Assembly (NCBI GenBank): GCA_963744005.1
Contig: CAVURU010000005.1
Coordinates: forward strand, 44,117-108,116
DNA length: 64,000 nucleotides
DNA from: an uncultured Actinomycetes bacterium
GTDB taxonomy: Bacteria > Actinomycetota > Actinomycetes > Streptosporangiales > Streptosporangiaceae
Direction: 5' to 3'
Within the stretch, counting starts at the first letter, position 1. Each line of letters opens with the position of its first letter. The notes beneath the pieces were generated by a model. That model did not search any database, was not told the DNA's origin, and saw nothing but the letters and a program-made list of their open reading frames with translations. The translations under genes and the position numbers were made by a program. Positions 1-9,179 of the stretch are shown in pieces.

Positions 1-69
1 CTGATCTGGGACCTCGGGCAGGGCTTCGCCCTGGTGGCGGCGACAGCGGGAAAGGCAGTGACGGCATGA
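1..69 (+). CDS. 3' end of an unidentified CDS entering from the left edge (partial)
   Basis: The frame is open from nt 1 with high GC3 (..LIWDLGQGFALVAATAGKAVTA*). The TGA at 67-69 overlaps the next gene's ATG as ATGA. Confidence 0.35.
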   Translation: MIWDLGQGFALVAATAGKAVTA

Positions 70-548
70 CCGATCTCACCCGGTACCAGGACCCGCTGGC
101 CATCCAGCGCGTGCTGCACACGGCCCGGACCATCGCGGTGGTGGGCCTGTCGAACAACGAGCTGCGGGCCAGCTACTTCGTCGGCTACTACCTCAAGCGG
201 CACGGCTACCGGGTCATCCCGGTCAACCCGCGCGAGACCGAGATCCTGGGCGAGAAGTCCTACGCGAGCCTGCTCGAGGTGCCCGAGCCGGTCGACGTGG
301 TCAACGTGTTCCGCGCGCCGGACGCGCTGCCGGGCATCGCCCGGGACGCCGTGACGGCCAAGGCGGGCGCGATGTGGTGCCAGTTCGGCGTGATCAACGA
401 CGAGGGCGCGCAGATCGCCGAGGACGGCGGCGTGACGGTGGTCATGGACCGCTGCCTCAAGGTCGAGCACGCCCGCTACATCGGCCGGATGAACTGGCTC
501 GGCTTCAACACCCAGCGCATCACGTCGGTCCGCGCCGGCCTGCAGTAG
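66..548 (+). CDS. CoA-binding domain protein (YccU-like)
   Basis: 160-aa ORF with a Rossmann-like CoA-binding pattern (RTIAVVGLSNN..GYRVIPVNP..VDVVNVFR). The ATG is preceded by GGGAAAGG. Confidence 0.8.
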   Translation: MTDLTRYQDPLAIQRVLHTARTIAVVGLSNNELRASYFVGYYLKRHGYRVIPVNPRETEILGEKSYASLLEVPEPVDVVNVFRAPDALPGIARDAVTAKAGAMWCQFGVINDEGAQIAEDGGVTVVMDRCLKVEHARYIGRMNWLGFNTQRITSVRAGLQ

Positions 549-554
549 CTGACG

Positions 555-777
555 ATGACTCCTGAGGAAGCGGTCCGTACCTATTACACCGCTCACGGCG
601 AAGGCCGGCCCGAGCTGTGACATCAACGCCCCGGTGGCCTCCGACGACAACGTCGCGGTGGCCTGGACCGGGCACCTGCCCGGCGGCGCTGACGACCAGG
701 GCCTGAGCCTGTACCTGGTCACCGGCGGCAAGATCGTGTCGGTCCGGCACGCCTCGACCGGCGCGCCGCCCGGCTGA
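555..777 (+). pseudogene. Possible decayed NTF2/SnoaL-like small gene (frameshift near 618, middle of fold missing)
   Basis: ATG 555 encodes MTPEEAVRTYYTAHGEGRPEL, then TGA at 618-620. The +1 frame from 619 continues DINAPVASDDNVAVAWTGHLPGGADDQGLSLYLVTGGKIVSVRH.. to TGA at 775-777. Both pieces resemble the ends of SnoaL-like proteins. The total span is 223 nt, which is 3n+1. Confidence 0.3.
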
Positions 778-853
778 GTGCGCACGCCCTTGACTGGGCT
801 CTGGCGCGGGGAGACGATGGCGGGCACCCAGCCAGCAGCCAAAGGCGGCCCCC

Positions 854-1738
854 ATGCCGGAGACATCGATCTACCGTGTCGTCGATCTGACCGGGACACC
901 GGAGCAGGTCACCAGCAGTACCTGGCTGCTCAGGGGTTTCCCGAACGTCGTCTTCGTGGTCGGCCGCGACGGCGTCCTGGTCGTCGACACCGGGCTCGGC
1001 GATGACAACGGCGCCCTGGTGGCCCGGCTGGCCCGGCAGCTGTCTCCCGCCGGGAAGCTGTTCGTCACGACCACGCACTTCCACCCGGAGCACGCGGCCG
1101 GCATCGGCGGCTTCCCGGCCGGGGCCGTGCTGATCAGGCCGCGTACCCAGCAAGACGAGATGAATGAGCTGGGCGACGCGATACTGGCCAGCTTCCGCGA
1201 GTCCCCGCGCTTCGCACCCGCCCTGGGCCAGGCCGCGCCGCCGCGCCCGGCCGACGTGACCTTCGACCGGGAGGCCCGGCTCGACCTCGGCGGCGTCACC
1301 GTCCGGCTCATTCACCTGGGCGCCGGGCACACGCTCGGCGACGAGCTCATCTACGTCGAGCAGGACCGCGTCCTCATTTCCGGTGACATCGTGCAGAACA
1401 AGGTCGTGCCGCTGGCCGCCACGCCGGGAGCGACCTACGCCAGCTGGCTGGCCGTGCTGGACGGGCTGCTGCCGCTGGCGCCGGCGGTGGTGATCCCGAC
1501 GCACAGCGCCACCGGCGACGGCTCGCTGATCTCCGAGGAGATCGCCTTCATCACCGACATGCGCGACCGGCTGGCCGCGCTGAAAGCCTCCGGGCTGTCC
1601 GCCGAGGACGCCGCCCCGCGACTGGCCGAGGACTTCGAGAAGCACTACCCGGAGTGGGCGGCCAATCCCGACTGGCCGAACGTCGGCACCTCGTACGGCA
1701 TCGACGGCTTCGCCCGGCGCCTCTACGAGGAGATCTAG
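854..1738 (+). CDS. MBL-fold metallo-hydrolase
   Basis: 294-aa ORF with the metallo-beta-lactamase motif HFHPEHAAG and a downstream GHTLGD. Confidence 0.8.
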   Translation: MPETSIYRVVDLTGTPEQVTSSTWLLRGFPNVVFVVGRDGVLVVDTGLGDDNGALVARLARQLSPAGKLFVTTTHFHPEHAAGIGGFPAGAVLIRPRTQQDEMNELGDAILASFRESPRFAPALGQAAPPRPADVTFDREARLDLGGVTVRLIHLGAGHTLGDELIYVEQDRVLISGDIVQNKVVPLAATPGATYASWLAVLDGLLPLAPAVVIPTHSATGDGSLISEEIAFITDMRDRLAALKASGLSAEDAAPRLAEDFEKHYPEWAANPDWPNVGTSYGIDGFARRLYEEI

Positions 1739-2004
1739 GCCGGCGTAAATCCGGGTTTGTCAGAGGGCATTCTTACCGTGACTCAGTGCTCGTCGATTGG
1801 GCGAGACGAGAGGGTGCCGCCGCTGTGAACCGGCAGCGCAATCCCCAAGACGCGTTTCGGCGGGAAGCAGCTGAAGCGCCGGGAACCGAGCTTGTCGCCG
1901 TCGATGGCGACCCCGGCACGCTGGCCGGCGGATTACGCAGCCCGCATAGCGGATCGCGGTTGTTCCCCCATGACGGACCTGCCGGATCCTGAGAAGCTTG
2001 CGCC

Positions 2005-3153
2005 ATGAGGAAGTGGTTCCACTCGCTCCCGTCGTGGCCCGGCAGGATCGGCCAGGCGCACGTCACCCGCGACCAGGTGTTCCTGGCGGCCAAGACGGCC
2101 ATTGCCGCCGGGATCGCCTGGGCGGCGGCCCTGGCGGCTGATCCGCACAGCAAACCCTATTTCGCGCCGCTGGCTGTTCTCCTGGTCGTCCAGCCGACCG
2201 TCTACGACTCGCTCTCGCGGGCCTTGCAGCGGGTGCTCGGAGTGGTGGTCGGGGTCGCTGCCGCGCTAGCCGTCAGCCACGTGCTGGCCCCGAGCGCCTG
2301 GAGCATCACCCTCCTCATCTTCGCCGGCCTGCTCGTGGGCCGGCTGGCCCGCCTGGGGCCGCAGGGCATGGTGCAGGTACCCGTCAGCGCCTTGCTCGTC
2401 TTCCTGGTCGGGCAGGCCACGCCCGGGTACGCAGGAGAGCGCATCGTCGACACCCTGATCGGCGCGGGCGTCGCGGTGATCGCCGTCCTGCTGAGCCCGT
2501 CTGCGCCGCCGCTGGACGCCCTTATGTCCCAGGTGGTGGCGCCGTTGCTGGGCGGTGCGGACATCATGCGCGCGGTCAGCATGGGCATAGCGTCGAACTG
2601 GACTCCGGAACAGGCGGACTCGTGGCGGCTGGACGCGGGCACGCTGATGGATTCGGTGACAACGGCCCGCAGCCGGCATGAAGGAGTCGTCCTGAGCACC
2701 CGGTGGAACGCCCGGGCGGGCCGGCAGCGTGCCGCCCTCGGCCAGGCGGCGGACGCGCTCAGCTCCGGCGGGCGAATCGCCATCTACACCCGGTCCATGA
2801 CCCGCGCGCTGGCCGACGGATCAGCACACGCCCACCCGATGCCCGCTCTCAGCGCGATGCTGGCCAGCACGGCAGCGGCCACCGAAGCCTATGCCGCGTG
2901 GCTGGCCTGCGCCGATCCGGCCGCAGACCGCCGGCGGCTTGCCGAAGCGGTCCACGCGGCAGACGAGACGCTCAGCACGGCGTTCATCCGGGCCGAAGAG
3001 CGGTGGGGCAGCGACCCCGCCCCGTGGCTCACCTTCGGGACCACGCTGGCCATGACCCAGCGGATCCTGGCCGAGGTCGGCCGCCCGATCGATTCAGCAA
3101 TGCAGGAGCCGCCGGCGGCCGGATATGAATCAGGGACGCCGAAGCGTCCCTGA
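2005..3153 (+). CDS. FUSC / aromatic-acid-exporter family membrane protein
   Basis: 382-aa ORF. The N-terminal half has several hydrophobic helices (AIAAGIAWAAALA, LAVLLVVQPTV, VVVGVAAALAV, LLIFAGLLVG) and the C-terminal half is soluble. The exact start is uncertain. Confidence 0.65.
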   Translation: MRKWFHSLPSWPGRIGQAHVTRDQVFLAAKTAIAAGIAWAAALAADPHSKPYFAPLAVLLVVQPTVYDSLSRALQRVLGVVVGVAAALAVSHVLAPSAWSITLLIFAGLLVGRLARLGPQGMVQVPVSALLVFLVGQATPGYAGERIVDTLIGAGVAVIAVLLSPSAPPLDALMSQVVAPLLGGADIMRAVSMGIASNWTPEQADSWRLDAGTLMDSVTTARSRHEGVVLSTRWNARAGRQRAALGQAADALSSGGRIAIYTRSMTRALADGSAHAHPMPALSAMLASTAAATEAYAAWLACADPAADRRRLAEAVHAADETLSTAFIRAEERWGSDPAPWLTFGTTLAMTQRILAEVGRPIDSAMQEPPAAGYESGTPKRP

Positions 3154-3170
3154 TCTGGTGTTTCTTGGGG
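3131..3170 (+). terminator. Hairpin plus T-rich tail at the end of the FUSC-like CDS
   Basis: CAGGGACGC-cgaa-GCGTCCCTG is a 9-bp perfect stem (3131-3152) that includes the stop codon. It is followed by tggTGTTTCTT and abuts the 3' end of the convergent tRNA-Tyr. Confidence 0.5.
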
Positions 3171-3252
3171 TGGCAGGTGTTGGGTTCGAACCAACGAAGG
3201 CTTAGCCGACGGTTTTACAGACCGCTCCCTTTGGCCACTCGGGCAACCTGCC
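3171..3252 (-). tRNA. tRNA-Tyr (anticodon GTA), class II long variable arm
   Basis: Hand-folded cloverleaf: acceptor GGCAGGT/ACCTGCC plus discriminator A; anticodon stem GCGGT/ACCGT with loop CTGTAAA; long variable arm; T arm GTTGG-TTCGAAC-CCAAC. CCA is not encoded. Confidence 0.9.
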
Positions 3253-3402
3253 GTGTGCCGTCCTCGCCGGGCGGCATCGCAAGGATAGCCCAAGATACAG
3301 CAAGACAGTTACCCGTCCCGGCCGTTCGCTGCGGCATGCTTTCAGGCTCTCCGTACGCGCCCCGCGTGACGCGCACCCGGCCGCGCGTCTAGCCTGGGAG
3401 CC

Positions 3403-3900
3403 GTGGCATCATCAGAATCTTCCTTTGACATCGTGTCCAAGCTCGACCGCCAGGAAGTCGACAACGCGCTGAACCAGGCGGCCAAGGAGATCAGCACCCG
3501 GTTCGACTTCCGCAACGTCGGCGCGTCGATCTCCTGGTCAGGCGAGAACGGCGTCGACATCCGGGCCAACAGCGAGGAACGCGCCAAGGCCGTCCTGGAC
3601 GTGTTCCAGGACAAGCTGGTCAAGCGGGGCGTCTCCCTCAAGACGCTGGACGCGGACGACCCGAAGCCGTCCGGCAAGGAGTACCGGCTGGGCGTGGCCC
3701 TCAAGGAGGGCATCACCCAGGACAACGCCAAGAAGCTCTCCAAGATCATCAGAGACGAGGGGCCGAAGGGCATCCGGGCTCAGATCCAGGGCGAGGAGCT
3801 TCGCGTCTCGGCCAAGAAGAAGGACGACCTGCAGGCGGTCATCGCCCTGCTGAAGGGCATGGAGTTCGACTTCGCCCTGCAGTTCGTCAACTACCGGTGA
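3403..3900 (+). CDS. yajQ: YajQ family nucleotide (cyclic-di-GMP)-binding protein
   Basis: 165-aa ORF with a GTG start after GGGAG. It shows the full-length YajQ/UPF0234 pattern ([24 protein letters not shown].. and C-terminal FVNYR). Confidence 0.85.
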   Translation: MASSESSFDIVSKLDRQEVDNALNQAAKEISTRFDFRNVGASISWSGENGVDIRANSEERAKAVLDVFQDKLVKRGVSLKTLDADDPKPSGKEYRLGVALKEGITQDNAKKLSKIIRDEGPKGIRAQIQGEELRVSAKKKDDLQAVIALLKGMEFDFALQFVNYR

Positions 3901-3901
3901 G

Positions 3902-4564
3902 CTAGCAGGTCCCAGCGCGTCCGGCCCGGCGCCACGCATAGAGATCGCGCATGGCGCCGATCTGAGCCCCGTGATGGCTCACCTCGGCGAGCGCCCCGGC
4001 GATGAAGTGCGTGGCCGGGTGTGCGGGACCCGGCGGGCCGGCCACGCACACGCCGCCTCGTGGCGGCTCAGCGGCATAGGTGTACCCCGCGGCGGTCATG
4101 CCGAGCTGGTCGTCATCGGCCGCCTCGATCGCGTCGCGGAGCCGGTGCCAGCCCTCGCGCAACGCGGTGACGGCCTCGGCCGCGCTGGTGAAGACCGGGT
4201 GATGGGTCAGGTACGGGGAGGTCCACCCGCTGGCCATGGTGCGCGGCCCGCCCAGGAAGTCGATGTCGCAGAAACGGCCCGCTACGGACCCGATGTGCCA
4301 GTACAGCCACGCGATGCTGGTCATCGGGACCGGGGCGGGTTCCGGGATGGCGAAGTCGGCCACCCACCCGCCGACGCCGAACGGGTCCGGTGTCCGGCAC
4401 TGGCCGGTCCGGCGGATGCTCCAGGTGGTCGGGAACGGCTCCCAGAAGAACTCCTCATCGGTCAGGTTCGCCCAGGCGCGGGACAGGGTGAAGTGCTCGA
4501 TGGGGCGCATCACCTCCAGCAGCGTGCCGGCTCGTTTTCCCGTCATGCGCCGCATCGTAGCCAA
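3902..4564 (-). CDS. DinB-family (mycothiol-dependent enzyme-like) protein
   Basis: 220-aa ORF with DinB-like His-containing helices (WLYWHIG.., EVSHHGAQIGAMRD). It converges on yajQ with 1 nt between the stops. The start could be an internal Met. Confidence 0.6.
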   Translation of the reverse strand: MATMRRMTGKRAGTLLEVMRPIEHFTLSRAWANLTDEEFFWEPFPTTWSIRRTGQCRTPDPFGVGGWVADFAIPEPAPVPMTSIAWLYWHIGSVAGRFCDIDFLGGPRTMASGWTSPYLTHHPVFTSAAEAVTALREGWHRLRDAIEAADDDQLGMTAAGYTYAAEPPRGGVCVAGPPGPAHPATHFIAGALAEVSHHGAQIGAMRDLYAWRRAGRAGTC

Positions 4565-4609
4565 CCGCCCGGCCCGCGCCCGGCACCGCGGCAGCTGCGC
4601 GGATCGTTG

Positions 4610-5773
4610 CTACCGGCCGCCCGGGACGTGGCCGTCGACGCCCGGGACGTGGCCGTCGACGGCCGGGATGGGGGCGAGCGGCGGGATCAGGTAGGCCGAC
4701 AGCCAGGCGAACGCGGTCAGTTCCTCGGCCCGCCAGGTGGTGAAGTTGTGCCCGCCGTGGGCCAGGCTGACGACCGAGACGTGAACGGGCGGGATGGCCG
4801 CGGCCGCCAGGGCCTGGTCCGCGGCGAGGCTTTCCCTGTCGTCGAGGGTGTCCATCAGCAGCAGGCTGAGGACCGGTGGCGGCAGGTACCGGAGCCGCCA
4901 GGTGGTGGTGTTCTGGTCGCGCAGGCTGGAGTTGCCGCCGAACAGGTCACCGGTGGTGCGTTCGTCGGTGGGTGCGTTGTAGCCGGCCAGGGAGACCGCC
5001 GCGCGGTAGTGATCGGCGTGCCGCAGAGCGAGGTTGACGGCGCAGTAGCCGCCGGTCGAGTAGCCCATGAGGGCCCAGCCGGTCGTGACGGGCTGGACCC
5101 GGAAGTAACGGGTGATGACGTCAGGCACGTCCGTGGTCAGGTAGGTCTCGGCCTGCGGGCCGCCCGGCACGTTGACGCACTCGGTGTCCCGGGGCGCCGC
5201 GACGGTGCTGGTCGGCATGACGGCGATCAGCGGGCTGACGTGACCGGACTCGATGGCCTGGTCGAGCACGGCGGCGACCTGGAGCTGCTCGACCCAGTTC
5301 CGCGGGTGACCGGGATAGCCGGGCAGCAGCTCGATCACCGGAAACGTGCGGTCCCGGTAGGCCGGGTCACCGTACTGGGGCGGCAGGTAGACCGCAGCCG
5401 GATGGGTCCCGGCCCGGCTGAGCGGGCCGGGGATGGCCAGCCACACGACGGCGCCGTGACCCGTCCGCGCGGCCACCGCGATACGCGGTTGCAGGCTCTG
5501 GTCCTGGCTGCCGGGCACGACGGACGGGCTGGTGACCTGCGGATGCTGCAGGCCTGCCACCTCTTGCCATGAGTCGTAGAAACCGTAGCTGTCGTTGAGC
5601 AGCACCGCGGCCAGGAGCACCGCGCTGAGCTGGCCGCCCAGGATCAGTGCCGCCCGGATCAGCCAGGTCAGCCAGGGCAGTCCGCCGCGGGGCCAGCACA
5701 CGACCAGGGCCAGCGGAAAGGCGAGGCAGGCCAGCACGCACACCGCGATCGTCCACGGCCCGGTCAGCGTCAC
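4610..5773 (-). CDS. Membrane-anchored alpha/beta-hydrolase (putative esterase family)
   Basis: 387-aa ORF with two N-terminal TM helices, the nucleophile elbow GYSTGG and a late His (LAHGGHNF). The C-terminus carries an in-frame 21-nt tandem duplication. Confidence 0.65.
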   Translation of the reverse strand: MTLTGPWTIAVCVLACLAFPLALVVCWPRGGLPWLTWLIRAALILGGQLSAVLLAAVLLNDSYGFYDSWQEVAGLQHPQVTSPSVVPGSQDQSLQPRIAVAARTGHGAVVWLAIPGPLSRAGTHPAAVYLPPQYGDPAYRDRTFPVIELLPGYPGHPRNWVEQLQVAAVLDQAIESGHVSPLIAVMPTSTVAAPRDTECVNVPGGPQAETYLTTDVPDVITRYFRVQPVTTGWALMGYSTGGYCAVNLALRHADHYRAAVSLAGYNAPTDERTTGDLFGGNSSLRDQNTTTWRLRYLPPPVLSLLLMDTLDDRESLAADQALAAAAIPPVHVSVVSLAHGGHNFTTWRAEELTAFAWLSAYLIPPLAPIPAVDGHVPGVDGHVPGGR

Positions 5774-5957
5774 CGCACGTGCTCCAGGGGATAGCCACCA
5801 TCAGGCGACCTTGGGGTGGTGACGAGCCTGCCGGGACGTCACGCCCAGTTCGCCGCATAAGAAACGTATACGGCGCAGCCGCCGATGGCATGCTACAGCG
5901 TCACCGCGGGCCGGGCCAACGGCCCTAGCGGCCGGGCCGTGCGTCAGCTGGCGCTGA

Positions 5958-6491
5958 TCAGCGGGCGGGCCGCGGATGGCGGGTCGTGCTGGCCCGCAGG
6001 CCCTCGGAGAGGTTCTCCAGCGCGGTCAGCGCGGCGACCAGGGCGGCCTCCTCGTCGGCGGGCATCTTGGCCACGCACTCGGAGATGACCTTGGCCCGCT
6101 CGGCCGAGATGCGCTGCCAGACCTCTTCGCCGGCCGGGGTGATCTCGACCAGCGCGGCACGGTAGTCCTCCGGGTCCCGCCGCCGCTGGATCAGGCCGGC
6201 CGAGTCCAGCTTGCCCACCACCCGGGACAGCATGGTCGGGTTGAGGCCCTCGATCTCCGACAGCTCGGCCAGGCCGAGCGGGCCCCTGGAGATGACGACG
6301 GCGAGCAGCGAGGCCTGAGCCGGGGTCAGGCCTTCCCCGATTGACGCGGCGTTCAGCCGCCGGGCCAGGCCCAGGACGACGCGCCGCAGCCGGATGACGC
6401 TGTCCGCGTCCATGCACGCCGACCCGTTTCGCGATGTCCGCTGCGCTGCGGCCGGCCCCTGGGGGTCAAGGTCAATACTCATCGGCGGCAC
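5958..6491 (-). CDS. MarR family transcriptional regulator
   Basis: Winged-helix MarR pattern (LTPAQASLLAVVISRGPLGLAELSEIEGLNPTMLSRVVGKLDSAGLIQRRRDPEDYR). The start is GTG at 6491 or ATG at 6482; both have purine-rich RBS-like sequences upstream. Confidence 0.8.
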   Translation of the reverse strand: MPPMSIDLDPQGPAAAQRTSRNGSACMDADSVIRLRRVVLGLARRLNAASIGEGLTPAQASLLAVVISRGPLGLAELSEIEGLNPTMLSRVVGKLDSAGLIQRRRDPEDYRAALVEITPAGEEVWQRISAERAKVISECVAKMPADEEAALVAALTALENLSEGLRASTTRHPRPAR

Positions 6492-6611
6492 TTCCCGTGG
6501 CTTCCTCTGATCCTGCCTATGTTTTAACCCAGGTCACGGTCGTTCAAGCGGAGAAGTCGTGGAAACGGTGTGAAGATCCCAGGCCCGCACCGCGGTGACC
6601 GCCGGAGCGGG

Positions 6612-9012
6612 TCACTCGGCGCGGAGCAGATCAGCCGAACGGGACCGGGCGGCCAGCAGGGCGGGAATCGCCGCGAGCAGGTTGGCGGCGGCGAGCACGC
6701 TCACGGCCAGGACGACGATCAGGACCGGCTCGACCACGGCGACCGGCACCACCCCGAAGTTGGTGGCGAACAGCCGCCACAGCGCCCGGCCGGCCGCGAT
6801 CCCGGCCAGGCACGCCGACGAGGATCCCGGCCAGCGCCACCGCGGTGGCCTGCCAGCAGACGGCCGCGGCGACCTGGCGGCGGACGAACCCGAGCGCCTT
6901 GAGCAGCCCGGTCTCGGAGCGCCGGCGGACCCGGCTGACCAGCAGCAGGTGCAGCAGGGTGGCGGCGCCGAAGACCGACAGGGCGGCCGCGAACAGCAGC
7001 GGGAAGCTGACCGATTCACCGAAGTTGATCAGCACGGTCGGAGTAGCAGGCCGGTAGGTGAAGGTCGGGTAGTTGCTGGTGTACCGGGCCAGGTCCGCGG
7101 ATCCGGCCGGGCCGGGCGCGGCCCGGACCAGGAACACGGTGGCCAGGCCGTCGCTGACCTTTTTCTGGCAGGCGGCCTGGCTCGGGCCGGCCGGGCACTG
7201 CACGCTGCTGAAGGCGCTGGTCGTCATCACGGCACCGCTGCCCAGCCCGCCGGTACCGGCGTTGAGGGAAGCCCGGCCGATAACCCGGAAGGTGGCCTGG
7301 TGCGGGACGCCGGCCGGATCGGCGATGGTGACCTGGACCGTGCCCCCGACACGGGCACCGGTGGCCCGCATGGTGTCCACGCCCAGCATGACCTCGCGGT
7401 CGCCGCGGGGCAGGCGGCCGTCCACGACGGACAGCAGGGGCTCGCCGCGGAGCGCCGTCATGGTCACCGTGCGGACGTTCTGCCCGTTGACGTCGGTCTC
7501 GACGAACGCGGCCTGGGTGAGCTGCTGCACGTTCTGGTCACCCTGCAGGGCTTGCTGGAGCTCGCCGTCGACCTTGTCCTGGGAACCGGGGGTCCCGTCA
7601 CTGGCGAAATAGGCCTGGAACGGCGACCCGTACAGCTCGGGTGAGGAGACCAGGTGGGTCAGGCTGGCCCCGAAGACGGCGGTGGCGCACAGGGCCGTCA
7701 CGGCCAGCACGGTGCCGAGCAGGGCCGTCCCGACCGGCGGCCCGTCCCGGCCGCCCCGGTCGAAGGCCCGGCGGATGCCGACCGCGGCCGGAGCCGGCAG
7801 CCGGGCCCAGACGGCGGCGCGGGCGACAGCCAGCGTGACCGGTGCCGGCTTCGGCGAGACCGGGACCGGCCGCCGGGCCAGACGCAGCGCGGGCCAGACG
7901 GAGACCGCGATCACGGCGGCCAGCACGGCGACCGCGCCGAGCGGGACCACGGCCAGGTCCAGGGACATCCGGCCGGCCGCGGGCACCGCCAGCCGGGCCT
8001 CGCCGACCGGGGTCAGCGGGGAGGCCAGCACCGCGACCAGGACGGCCCCGGCCGCGCCCACGGCGCCGATCAGCAGCGCACGCAGCAAGGCCAGTAGCGC
8101 GAACTGACGCGGCCGGACCCCGAGCGCCGACAGGGCGGCCTGGTCGGTCCGCTCGGCGAAGGTCTGCCGGGCCATGGCCTGGCCGATGACGGCCAGCGCG
8201 GCCAGCCCGGCCAGGCCGGCCAGCACGTACCAGCCGACGACCTGGGGCCGGATCGAGGCTTCCACCGCTTCCGCGGCCTCGTCGAGATCGTAGCTGCCGT
8301 ACACGCCCAGGGAGCGCAGCCGGCTGTCGAGGCCGGACAGGCCCGCGTCGCGGTTGGCCGCCCGCACGTAGTAGGTCCACAGCAGCGCGGCCCGCTGGTT
8401 CACGGCGGTCGCGAAGGCGGGCGTGGCGTACAGGTCGTAGTGCGGGGCGGCCCCGGACGGAAACTCGCTCTCGGCCGCGACGATGCCCACGACCCGCAGG
8501 GTGCGGCGCAGGACCGGCAACTTCTGGGCCTGAGCCTGCGGGTCCAGTTCCGCCGGGGTGATCAGCTGGGCCTGGAGGACCGAGCCGAGCCGGACACCGT
8601 TGTCCCGGGCCAGGGTGAAGGAGGCCAGCACCTCGCCCGGGTCCGAAGCGCGGGGCATCCGTCCCGACAGGAGCGAGACCAGTCGCGGCAGCTGCCCCGG
8701 CGGGGCCTCGTTGACCAGGAAGTTTTCCAGGTCGATAGGCGCGCGGCAGGAGGCGCAGGTCACCGTGCCGGCGATGGTGACGGGCACCGGCGTCACCGAC
8801 GAGACGTGCGGCGTGCGGGCCAGCTGCGGCAGCGGCTGAGCGCTGTAGGCGATGACGTCGTACCCGTGCTGAGCCGTGAACTGCGGGAAGGCGTCCGCGG
8901 TGCGGTGCCCGGCGGACGCGGTGCTCAGCACGAAGCCGCCCGCCACGGCGACCAGCAGGCTGAGGGCCAGCCACGCCTTCCAGTACTGCCGGGACCGCGC
9001 CCGGAGCACCAT
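6612..9012 (-). pseudogene. FtsX-like ABC transporter permease (two FtsX modules), frame broken near 6806-6814
   Basis: The 829-aa frame is FtsX-like up to ..AVALAGILVGV and then becomes Arg/Gly/Pro noise. A second frame (ORF 6612..7019) supplies the canonical C-terminus LAGIAAGRALWRLFATNFGVVPVAVVEPVLIVVLAVSVLAAANLLAAIPALLAAR. The span is 2401 nt, which is 3n+1. The likely start is ATG 9012 (MVLRARSRQYWKAWLALSLL). No ATPase gene is adjacent. Confidence 0.75.
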
Positions 9013-9179
9013 GATGATCGCCTGCACGGCCGCCTCCCCCCGCCTGTCATCCAGGGTGGCGCGGCCCGGGCCGGATGGCCAGGAAGGCAGCCACCAGCGC
9101 GCGCGAGGTGGTAGCACCACCGTCCGAGGTCATCCTGGGCGGGACCATGGCCGGGCGGCTCGGGACCGGATCGCGCCGG

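Noticed and set aside
3100-3400. Genomic island or integrative element next to tRNA-Tyr (and likewise next to tRNA-Gln at 44766-44838)
   Set aside because: No integrase, recombinase or transposase ORF was found, and no direct repeat of either tRNA 3' end is nearby. The flanking genes have the same composition as the rest of the window.
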